A DNA stretch of 64,000 nucleotides from Klebsormidium nitens. Lineage: Eukaryota; Plantae; Klebsormidiophyceae. The stretch lies in contig DF236979.1 of assembly GCA_000708835.1 (NCBI GenBank), positions 62,001 through 126,000 on the forward strand, in the 5' to 3' direction. The notes beneath the pieces are model-generated. The model made no database searches. It was given only the letters and a program-made list of their open reading frames with translations, and was not told the DNA's origin. The position numbers and the translations under genes are program-made. Shown here piece by piece: positions 35,215-47,200 of this stretch (position 1 is its first letter; each line of letters starts with the position of its first letter).

Positions 35215-38200
35215 TCAACGCCTCTTCTCCGAGAAGAGATCCTCCCCACTATCAACAATGATCGCCTCCAAATCGTCCCCTTCTTCCACGGGGGCCACGT
35301 GGAGCTCCTCGGGAGTAGCACTCCCCCCGTCCAGAAACCCGCTCCGGTGCCCGGATGAGTTGCCGCGACTCATCCCCTGCGTAAACGACGGCTCCCGACT
35401 CAACGACATCTGCACGCCGAGCCCCGCGAGCGGCCGCAAATGCGCGCGGCTCGGCGGCCGGGGAAGAGACCGGAGCAATCCCCCCTCCTCCAAGCTCGCC
35501 CTCCGCGACGGCCCGAGCGGTGACCGGTTCATGTCCCCGACCCGTTTTCCCGAGGGCTTCCGCGACATCGTCGGCCCCCCGGGGGGCTTCCGCAAGTCCA
35601 CCATGCTGCGGCGCGCTGCTTCCGGCTGTTCGAGTAGCAGCGCCTCCTTGAGTTTTGCGGCCATTTCCTTGCTCGCGGTAATGGTGGCTTCGTTCTCGCT
35701 GAGCGCGCGGCGCGTGAGTGGTTTTGGGTGGTCTTCGGGGATTGTGGCCGGGGCGTGGTGGATGTGAGTACCAAGGGGAATGAAGAGGACGCGCGAGCTG
35801 GTCTCGGCGGTGTAGCGCAGCTCGGACTTGAGCTGGACGGTGTCCAGAGGACCTGCCAAGATCAAGGGTGGTGGGATGATTGCAAGTCCAAGAGTGTGAA
35901 GATCGTGAGAACAAATCCATCAAATCCGAGGTAAGGTTCGAGCGCAGAACAGAGATGCATCGAGGGAGCTTTTGAGAAGACTCTGTTCTCGATCGACCTT
36001 GGCCAAGATGCACAGCCAAGCGGAACCACGTTCGAAGACCCGCGAGCCTTGTTGGTTTGAGACAGAGAAGTTAACGGCTCTAGTTTAGCATCCAAGGAGT
36101 TGCCCTTCTGTTTGTGCCCAGCGAAACTCAGCGCTCGAACCTTTTTAGCGTCCGAAACAGCGTTATCAAGCACGGGACCGCACAAAAGCGAGGCGCGAGA
36201 ACTAGAGCGGACGCTTTACCTGCGAAAAGAGCGGACACGTCCGGAGCGAGGCCGACTGGTGCTACCAGAGTGAACCCCTTCGTATTCTTGAGACTGCCTT
36301 CGAGCAGAATCAGCACCTCCCCGTACCGGATGTTGACGGCATCTCCCTCGTCAAAGTGCTGCACGAGAGCCGGGCCGCTGTTCAGAGCTAGCAAAATCTA
36401 CGCTTGCAAATTCTATACTTTTTGCGATGGAGAATGCAGAGTTGCTTCGACCATTTTAAGCTGCTCTGCAACATTATTTGACCACTTACTTTCTCAACCA
36501 GAATAGTATCCCAGTGAGACGGCAGACACAGGGATTTAGCTAAGGTGGGTCGCTGAATCTCATCTTCAGCACTCGAAGGCGAGATAGCAGGTCGCTGAGT
36601 AGTGTAGGTTTTCCTTCTCAAAAGATCTTTTAAGCGCTTGCCTCTCACGTCTGTATAGGCCCGCATTATTGACCATCATAACCGCTCATCACCGCACCCG
36701 GCTGTTCTCTCAGACAAGATGACAACTTCATATTTGCAGCCACTCGCGGCCCGTGCACCGCAACACGTCACCTTACGCCTATGCCGACGTCAGCTCACCT
36801 GGAGGCGGCTGTTCTCCATGATGATCAGGCGGATCTTTTGGAGGGTCAGGTGCTCGACTGTACGCTTCAGGACCAGTCGGCTCAAGATGACCGCGCTCTC
36901 CTGCAAAACGAAACGTTTTCGGCTTTTTCGTAACTCATTTCCCTTCGTCTCTCTACCCTGCTTCCTCAATCTTGCCTTGATTTCCGTCGACCTTAGAAAG
37001 TTTTTCAGTGGGAAAGTCCTGATATGACGGATGCCATCCTAACGCTGCAGTGATCGAGAGTCTGTAATCTCTGTCCAAGACAACTTCTACCAACAGGACG
37101 AAACTTGTGTAAGAGAGTACCGCACAAACGCTGCCCTGATTTCGTTGTATCTGTCTCGATAGAAAGTCTTAAGAAGAGAAGCCCATATACTTAGGTGCCA
37201 CCCACAGACTGCACTGACTCTGTTGTACAGCGTCACAAAACCTTCTGCACACAATTCGTCGTTGGAACCCTTCTTGGTAGTACGATGATGGAACGCAGCC
37301 AAGGTTCGCTTGTGAGTCCTCACCTTCCAAAGGTACTCCGCGAGACGGACGTCGGACTTCACAATGTCGATCAATCGGTTCCTCTGCGGAGACGAGAGGA
37401 GCACGGCTTGTCATAGAGATTCTGAGTGTGGGGCAATAGCGGAGCACTTGGAAACGATTTGGAAATCCTGAAACCGTACGGATGAATTATACAGCGCAAC
37501 ATCCAAATCTTTGCAAAGTTGGTCGGGTACCAAGACCAGAGAAATTTTGTACATGAATATTGCCAGGCCAGACCAGAAACCTTCGGCTTAAGCACCATAA
37601 GAGCAGCTGAGTTTTAGAAACACGACTGTTTTTTGGATATACTCTGATTCCGTGGACGCAACAAGTCTGTCGAACGTACGTGCAAGGTGCAAAGCTCCGT
37701 TTGAAGCAGCTTTTGTTCCGAGGCTCTAAGACGAGCTCCATTTGCTTGTTGAGACTGGACCGAACCGCTCGATCCATTCTGAGCGCAGAGCAATGCAAGC
37801 ACGTCAGAACGAGAACTCACATCTAGAACGTAGCACAGCGAGACAGAGTCCGCGACTGCGCTCGAAAGTTTCGCCCGGTTTCCCGCAAGCGCCTCGTAGA
37901 GCCCCAGGATCGAGCCGGACCCCAGAATGAAATGAGACACCGTGCGCTCCCCGTCGGCAGTATCAACGGTAATGACCTGCATACAAATAAGAGGGCTTGT
38001 GTTCACCTGTTCCACTCGAAACCGTCAGAAACGTCAGAAAGCTAGAATCCTGTGTCGCCAGAGCTTCTTGTACCACTTAGGAAACGGCAATTTAATCCGT
38101 CTAGCCGGTTGACGTGACGCGATCACTCCTCTCTGCAGCTTCTGCAGATGGCAGCAAAGAAGGCGATGGGACTCTGACGATTCACGCGCAAGTGGGTGGC

Positions 38201-41200
38201 CTGCTACAAGGCTAATCTCACTTCAATCACCCCGCCACAAACTCAGTAACCGCACCGTTATTGCTCAAAAAATCAGCTGTAGATACAAGCTGGTAACCCC
38301 CACGGGTCCCCTCACCTTCGCTAACCCGGTTCCGACTATGTACACTTCCTGCCCCACCGACCCTTCCTTATACAGCACCGCATTTCTAAGATACGTCCGC
38401 TCTCTCGCGTCTCGCCGCACGATCTGTTCAAAGTGTTCGGGGACGTGCTTTCCAAGGGGAGTGCTTCGCAGGATGCCCATTGCATGCTGCGGCCGAATCA
38501 GAAGAGGCGCCCGCCGCAGCTTCTTGAGGTCTTTTTGAACCACGTCATGTAGGTGGACGATCTCGCGCGTGTCGATGAGGCCCGCCTCGTCTAGTTCCTC
38601 GACGTACGTGGTCAACTGCGAGTGGTCAAGATTCGTGTGACTCAAGCTTTTGTACTCTCTTCGTTCAAACGAGGAGGGTGAAAACCTCATTCGGAAAAAC
38701 AGTCCGAGACTACTTTATACCACGTCGGAGAGATACACGATGTTGCGCACGTCGATGAGGCTCGTCTAGTTCCTGGACGAACTGCGCGTGGTGAATGTTT
38801 TCTCATCTTCCAGTGCAGCCATGGGGGCGAGCCCCTAGATAAAGAATTGCTGAAATGCAAGAGAGTGATGAGCTTCAAATATCTGGATTCTCCATCGCAC
38901 CAACTGGGTAGAAGATCATTTGGCAGAGAACTTCGAAGTCCTTCTGCTCCGCAGCGTTTTTAGATAAAGAATTCCACAACCAACATTAATGCGAGCCTCG
39001 TCAAGCTCTTTTGGTATACTGCAGGGAAAATGGATCATAGCGTCGAACATCTCAAGTATTGTAGTCTGATGCAAAAGCAGCAGATTGAACGTAAAGCAAA
39101 AGCTACGAATTTTGGTTTTCGAGTCCTAAAAGTTCGCGGTAAGCAGAAACAAGCAAAGGGGCAGACATATACTTAAAACTTCGAAGCGGCGTAAGTTCCT
39201 CAGTGCAATGGAGAAGAAGGCAAGCGCTTCTGAAACGCGAACTTGTCTGAGAATCACGACACAACGCAAATCAGCTATTCTCCTCCTGACGCCGCAATTG
39301 CCTTGGCTGCACAAAAACCTCAGCGAGCCTAGTGGATTTTGAGGTGATTGTGCGACTTCTTATACAGGTACTCTCCAACTCAGCCCCGTTTAAACAAAGA
39401 CGATCTAGCGTGACACGAAAGCCGTCTGTCTGATCGCGTAGTAAAGTCTCTTCCAGGTCAAGAGTCTCTGCAGCTAAGAAACTCAATAGAGATGTCAGAG
39501 CAATTCACCAGACCTTCTTGATAGCAATTTGCTCATGCTTTCTTTGAACGGCTTTGAAGAGATCGACGGTGGAGACGGGTGGCCGTACCTCACGAAGCAC
39601 GTGGAATGCCACCTGCTGCGTCTTGACTGACGTCAGCACCTGCGGGAACGACATGCCGACGTCATCCAGGAACGCGCGCGCCTGCGCCTCGTCCTTAAGG
39701 CTCTCACGGATGACCTCATCGGCCAATTCGTTGTTGCCCAAAAAGTCGCGCAGCTGCAATCTGCATGGGAATCAGATTTTCAGCTTAGCTGAACCAGTTT
39801 GTAGAAATAATCTGTTTTGAGTAGCCGTTTCACACCTTCGCCCTTTCGTCGGCCAGGTCGTCATTGCCTTGCGGTTTACGCGGCTGGCAAGCAGATTTGA
39901 GATTCACTTGAACAGGACGCATGAAGAATCAGATATGCCGAACGCTCGCGCGTTCCGTTTGACGGATCACTCCGTTTGCCGTGGTCGTGATCGACTACGA
40001 ACTCGCTCAACGGCGCCATCAATGTCCGGGTCAACTAAACCATCCTACAACAAAGACAACTCGACAATCAAATATAGGCGGAAGCCCAATCTCCTGACCA
40101 GAGAGGCGGCTCGGGCCTCTTAACTCGCACCCAAGATGTTCGTTTCGACGAAAAGTTCGATACTTCCAACAAAGGCGGGAAGCTGAGTCTATCGTCAATA
40201 CCCGCAAAGTTCGCACGCAGACTGACCGTGCAACACCTTGGGAGCGAGGATAAGGTACCCGAGCTGGTCAGTTGAGGATAACTCATTTCAGTTGACCACC
40301 AAACAGCTGTGTGCTTACATACCTGGCCTGATGGTGCGCCCTCAGGCATCCGGCCGCCACTGAGCATCCCCAAACCAGGTCTTTGTTCGCTCAAATATTA
40401 GCTTTGACGAGAACTTAACGAATTTTCGATGGGCTTTTCCAAGAATAAGCCGAGTTCTAACGAGAAAACATACAACCCGCTAACCTGGCCTGATGGTGCG
40501 TCCTTAAACAATCAGCCGCCATCGAGCATCCCATTCGGTTGAAACCCCTTGGATAATTGGCTAGCCAAAACATGCTGCGCTGTAAATACAGCAAACCAAG
40601 TTTCGACGAAAAAACTCATGGGAACCCGCTTACCTAGCCTGGTGATGCGCCCTCAGATAACCAGCCGCCATCGAGCATCCCCGCTCCAAAGAGCCCACCA
40701 CTAAGCTATTCACCAGAGTGTTCGGCGAGCACTGGTTCAACCCTCGCTGGATCATTTTGAGCCACGTGGGCAGTTTCATGTAGGGTTTGAGCTCGTCCCA
40801 ATCGCCGAGCTCCGTTTCGTCGTCGAGACCGCGGTCGACGGACTGGATTAACAGGATCGCTTCGTATTGGGAGAGGCGGTCCTGGTCGAGAAGGTCCCAG
40901 TACGCGGCTTGCACGCCTGCACGGTTAGAATAAGGGTTTGAACTCAAACCAGGTAATCTAATCAGGTTAAAGAGGGTTTCGCAATGGGACAGGCGGTCCT
41001 GGTCGAGAAGGTCCCAGTACGCGGCTTGCACGCCTGCACGGTTAAGATACGGGTTTTGATTCAAACCATGTCTCGTTCCCGGTTAAGGAACCTTTCGTAT
41101 CGGAAGAGGAGGTCGCAATATGCGGCTTGGACGCCTGCACGGTTAAACTAAGGGTTTGCATTCAGAACCATGTACGTGAATTCTGACTAAGAACGATTTC

Positions 41201-44200
41201 GTACTGAGGGAGGCGCTTCTGGTCGAGCAGGTCGTCGTACGCAGCTTTGGAAGCCTGCGTGGTTGACATAAGGGTTTGAAATCAGAACCATGTATGTTAA
41301 ACATGTTTAACAAGGGTTTTCGTAATGAGAGAGGCGGTCCTTGTCGAGCAGGTCCCAGTACGCGGCTTGAACACATGCAGGGTTTGAAAGCAGGGACGTA
41401 GGCTTGGAAAACTCCACTCAATTCTAGTTTCAAAAAGGGATCTGGATTCGCTATCGATCTGGAGGAAAGGAGAACAATCCGTATTACTACAATCTTGTCA
41501 AAGCAGCTTATGCTCAGGACTTCGAGACCAATCCTTCCAAGTCCTGAACGAGCGTGTGCACCTTTCCTAGTTGCCAAAAAAATGCAACGCACAATCAAGA
41601 CAAATTCACAGCTATACAGTGTCTGGCTTCCTTGATCAGCTGTTGGTAACTGCAACACTCCGACATTGCATACCAGCGAGCTACTCGGAAAGGCCTTCTC
41701 GTCAGGAACAATCAAGCAGAGTTTGCGCTTATGACGTCACCTCGCAAGAAGCGGACCCGCGCATCCCGCATCCTCATCCTGCGCATCTCGTCCGTTTGGT
41801 CAGTCAGAACGCCGCCGAACGGGTTCGCAACCTCAGGGAACTCTTCCTTTCTGCAAAAAGGACGCGTAATGTCAGAGTCAGCAATCAGCGGTCTAATACC
41901 TACTGCTCCCACACGGCCAACCTGAGCAAAGATTGTTTCTATGGGTAGTCAAACGACACAAACGAAGTTGGAGTAAAAGGGCAAGCCAAGCCTTTGTTGG
42001 GTGCCCCACCGGCAAGGACGAACGTTCTTGTAGAGCAAATTCTCACAGGAACGCGGGGTCTTGAGTAAATCGCACAACGGTTCTGGAGGGCTTCTTGTCA
42101 GACCCAGCATATCGGCCCGAGTTCGAGCAGCCGTTCCAAAATGCATATTTTCCGTTCATTAGTGCCACCGCTTCCCGCTTCTCGAGTCGCCACGGAACAT
42201 TGGGACCACCCACCATGCATATGCCGCAATACCCTTCGGAATCGTAACCCCTCCTAATGCACAGTCCAGCCCCTAATCCAATTCTTCCCGGCTCTCGAGC
42301 CTCCACAATACGCGGAATCAACCACTATCTGTGTTTCACTGCACCCCTTAAAAGTAGGAACTCTGAGCGGTGCGCCCAAGATGCTCATCGTAGATAGGTG
42401 ACGAGCTTTTGCACGGACGGCCAGTGCGCGGGCCCCAGCTCTCAGCGCGTCCGAATGAAAGTGCGGCCTTACGTCCGATTCCCCTTTTGACTGCCAAATC
42501 TTCCCGGCTATATCTTTCCCCACGCTGAGTTGCACGAACGACCACTCTGTTTTTCATTGCACGCCCTGAAACGAAGGAAAATGAGCGGTGCGCTACAAAT
42601 TCTCACCGAAGGTACGTGACAAGCTTTTGCACGGACGGCCAGTGCGCGGGCCCCAGCTCCTCGTCGTCCTCCCCGACCTCCACGTACGACTGCACCGCGC
42701 GGTCGTGCATCTCGCGCTTGGCGTACTCCAAGATGCGCAACTGTAAAATATGACAAAGTGTGGTTACACGACGTTCTCAAATGCCAAAATAAAGGCAGAT
42801 ATATCCACGAAACGTCCTTAGATGGACAATAAAGGCAACAATGAAGGCCCTGAGGTCAACGAAGTGATCAGCCCTGAGCTACTGACAGGAGCTATTGCCG
42901 CACTGTTTGCTCGAAACCACGCTCTAGGTTGCTAACCCATTCCACTCCTTGTCTCGACAGCAAACAAAGCGCAACTCGCCGATTAGGTACGCAGCATGTG
43001 AGATCCGAAGCTTGCATGAGAACAAAAGGTATCGCTTTCAAATAAGGGGCTGATAAACCGGTGGCAGCTTAAACATCAACCATCCCATCTTCAATCAAGA
43101 ATAGATTAAGAGTGTCATTCCTGACCCTGTCAAGCATCATTCGTCCGCTTCTGAGAAACCAACCCCTGTTGTCACCTCCGAATCAGTCAGCTTGTAGCGC
43201 TTCAGAGGGACAGAAGGTGCGGTTTTACCCTATATCCCGTCAGCTTGGCGCAACCGCCACTTCGGGGACATACGATGTTGCTTGTCTTGAACCAGAATGA
43301 AGAACGGTGAACAAAGTTACCTTCGATTCCGTCATCTTATCCATTCGGAGCAGTGAAAGCAGCTTCTTCGTCGTGCTGCCGTTGATCACCAGCGTGAGGA
43401 ACACAACGCCCCCGGTGAAGAACAGAACCTGCGAATATGAAGTCTCCAGTCAACCACCGCTGTGCGATCAGTGTCGATGGCCGTAAGATTGGTGTCAACC
43501 AGTCAAAGCTAGTACCAATGAGCGAGTAGGAGCTCGTAGGTGGAGCTGGGGAATGCAGGAGAATCGCATCGGATTCCTTGGTCACAATTTGAATCCGGTA
43601 CACGACGGAAACGACCCTTCTTTTGTAAAGCGCAGGCAAGGATCTCAATTCACGTCTTTGTAAATGCATCCGAAGTTTCATCACGTACAAACCATGCTTT
43701 CTGACACGACAACTGCTGCAAACAATGATATGGCTGAAAAGCTGAACACTCAGATTCAAAGGTTGATTTAGTGAGGTACTAACCCTGGCCTGGTTCTTGG
43801 GCGTGACTCCATGGGGTTTGCCATTCGCGTCGATGACAACATCGTAGTTCCTCTGAAAAAGCACGAAGAAGAAATATTCAAGCTGAGCAGAAGCGTGCTA
43901 CTCTGCCAACAACGGTGAAGCAGCAATTAACACAGGCAATCCACAAGGAGCATAACAATCGATCGTCCTGTTGTTCAGTTGCACTTTGAAGGAAACCAAT
44001 ATCAACGAACATTCGTGCACATACTCGATGCAAGCCAACCAGAGACTCTTACGTTCCACTTCTGGCCCTCCTTTTCCACAAAGATGGTCTGCTGCGACAC
44101 GAAAGGCCTTGGGATGTCCCTTCTGCGCCAGTGCATTCATCTTGGTGAGTTACCTTGGTGTATTCTAGAACAGTTCAACGCACAACAACACTTGTTGAGT

Positions 44201-47200
44201 GCTTACGTCAATGGTAAGGGCCAACGTCAGAGCAACGGCGCCGCGGAGGCCCGCCCACGTCATCACGCTCGCCTGCGATGGGTCCATGGAAAAAGTGTTC
44301 GCATCACCCCATTGCCGTTGGAACTGTTCTTCCTTGAGTAGAGGAGCCTCGACGTGCTCTAACGTAGGGCCTTTTGTCAATCTGATGAGCGGACCTCAGT
44401 GTTACAGCGGCAGAGCAGCAAAACTGTGTTGCTCGAGATGGGAGCTTGACAACAACGGACGCGACAGGTCACGTTGGCTTTCAAGCAAAGCGACGCTGGC
44501 AAGAAAAGTCGGCTCTGGATAATAAATGCTTCAAGGCCAGCGTCCTGACGATTAGCCTACCTGATTAGCCTACCTGATTAGCCTACCTGATGAGGGAAAC
44601 CTTTGGTTTGCAACTTAGGGGGACACGGGTTTTAACCGAAAGAAAGCGATACAAGTTCTGCGTACAGCCATTATCCGCTATGGCAGCACTGGGCGTGTGA
44701 ACAACCGGACCTGGAAACGTCTCTGGTTACGACAAAGAAACAAGTGATAGACGGCAGCGCAAGTTGGTCTTGTACTGCCCGAAACTGATGGGGCTCGGGA
44801 CCTCTTAGAAATCGTAGGACTTGCCGATTGCCACGTCCTCTGGCCTCAATGTCCTATCCATAACACTCTCAAGACTCTGCGCTCAAGCCCATGAAGCGAG
44901 CAAAGTTAGGTTGAGCAACAATTGTGGTGGCGTCCACTCAAAAACGAGTTCGGACGATTACTGCTTTCTTTCTAGTTAAGCCATGCGAGTTAGGAGAGGG
45001 TAGCAAGCCCCCACGACCACCCGCCGCGCCAGCCTAATCATGCCGTTTCATTTCCAAAACGATCGCTCACCTCTTTCCAGTTAAGCCCATAACCCATGCG
45101 GGTTAGGAGAGGGTAGCAAGCCCCCACGACCACGGCGCGCGCCAGCTGTACAAAAACGTAGAGCAGAATGAGGTAGCCCCAGTCGCGCCCCTCAATGCTG
45201 GCCGTGCTGCGGAGAATCGCCTCCGCGATGATGACACCGCTGCACGCACAGCGTACAACTGGTGAGTCGTGCAATTGGACGCACTTTTTGGCTCAGTGCA
45301 AAGGGCAACAATGCATGATGAATTAACTAGAGGAGCTAATTGCGAGAAATCGGATTCTGTACGGCAGTGGCAAAAAAGTCGGCTCCGGGTGCAAGGTGAT
45401 GATGCGGTTAGTGACATTTGAAAGCTTGATGTCGACCTGCCGGACATGCAAAGCTTGATGTCCAGGCTCACTCACACGCTAAAACGTCGGCCAGTAGGAC
45501 ATGATTCAAGCGAAAGATAGGAAGCTAAACAAGAACCAGAACAAGAGTCGTAAGACCAATGGCAGGGCGCAGAACGGGGCTGCAAGAGAAGCAAACAGAG
45601 GTCACGAAACCGAGCACGGGTGACACGACAAAGCAATGATAAGGAGTGCGACAAACCTGAGAATGAAGATGAGAGTGTTCGCCATGTATGCCACCATCTC
45701 CCAGAAGTAATGCAGACTCTTCTTGTTCTCGCCCGTAAAGGCGGTATTGGCGAAGGCGGCAAACGTGCTGCATGGAAACAATGCAAGTCAGCAGAGTTCA
45801 CCCCCGACGAAGGAGCACCCTCTTCTTTTTCCATCGGCAGGCAACAGCAATATTTGCCTTGCGAGCGCTAAGTGGGAGTCATCTCCCACAAGGTCTTTCA
45901 ACCCAAGAAGCTGTTTTTTGATCCAGGGACCTGTTAGGAGTCTGAAATTGACGGGAAGATGTGTCCCCAAGACGCTAAACGCGACTATTGCAACCTAAAT
46001 GCAAGAGCGATCACCAGCAAGAAAGGTAGGCTCTGGCTCTACTAAGGTGGCCTTTCTTCTTTGGGGGCTTCCAGCAATTCATATAGAGGTTGGCTAAGCG
46101 GCTTTGTTTTTCCGTCTTTTCCTTATATATCAGTGTTTTGAAGAAGCGCAGAAAAAACTTAGGATGCCAGGTTGGCTCCTCCGCTCGCCTAAGCTCAGCT
46201 CCGCGTCAGCTGAAAACGTGAACGTTCACTTACATGCCCAGGAATAGGACAGCGATGACACCGGATAGCTCGGCCTTGTCTTCACACTGCAAAAAGAAGG
46301 AGTCAAGTGTGAAACAAAAAATCATCTTTGATGGCGGACCTTCCATAGAACAGGGCTCACATCTTCTCATACAATAGTAAGCATTGCTCACATAAGGTGC
46401 CTTCTGAAGCATTCAGGGTATCATGAAGGACCACCCGTTGCTTTGCTCTCAGGTCACTCATGTACGCTTCAAACGACGCGTCCTAATCTGGTCAGGTCTG
46501 GAATAGCAGCGGCCCGGCGTTCTTACCACGAAGTAGACCATGTATGCTGACGTCAGCGTGATGGTAATCTCGATGAGCGTGTCGTTGAATACGAAGCCGA
46601 GCCACAAAACAGCGGCCAGCCCAAACCCGATGCCAATGGCAATCCTGAAGAAAAAGGAGTGCTGTCAGGACGGGTCCGGGTCGCACACATTATGTCACGT
46701 CGTGAGGGGTTCGTTAGGACGTTCGACAGATGAAAGCTGCGTCAGAATCGGAGGTTTTTGGAGAGCACAGATGACAAACGAAACTGAGTTTTGGCCCTTC
46801 GCCTTCAATACCCTTCCCCAAAACATCAAGGTTAGGAGAAGGCGCTTTGGCGAGCGGAAAGAGAAACAGGAAATGGTTAAAAGCAGAAACATGTTTCTCT
46901 GGAACACATACGTTTTTCTTCGGCTGAAAGCGTCAATTGCACGTCTGCTTCCATCTGGGAACGCGAAGACTGCAAACTGTAAGCGGGGTGTCTCGAGGCA
47001 TCTGCCGCCCCACCGTCCACCTTGAGCGGGCGGTGACCTCAACCAGACAGAAAGTCGATTGCAACTTCGACGAGTACTTTGAGGAGGGCAGAGGTGCTCA
47101 CCCGCCCCCCGCGACGCGCAGGAAGTACACAATGGTATTTCCAAAGTTGAAGGCGCTTCCTTCGACTATCCGGTAGAAGAGGCGGAACACGACGATGGCC

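Noticed and set aside
35252-36019. Long alternative-frame and antisense ORFs over the SOS1, CuAO and KDZ exons
   Set aside because: Shadows of GC-rich real exons.
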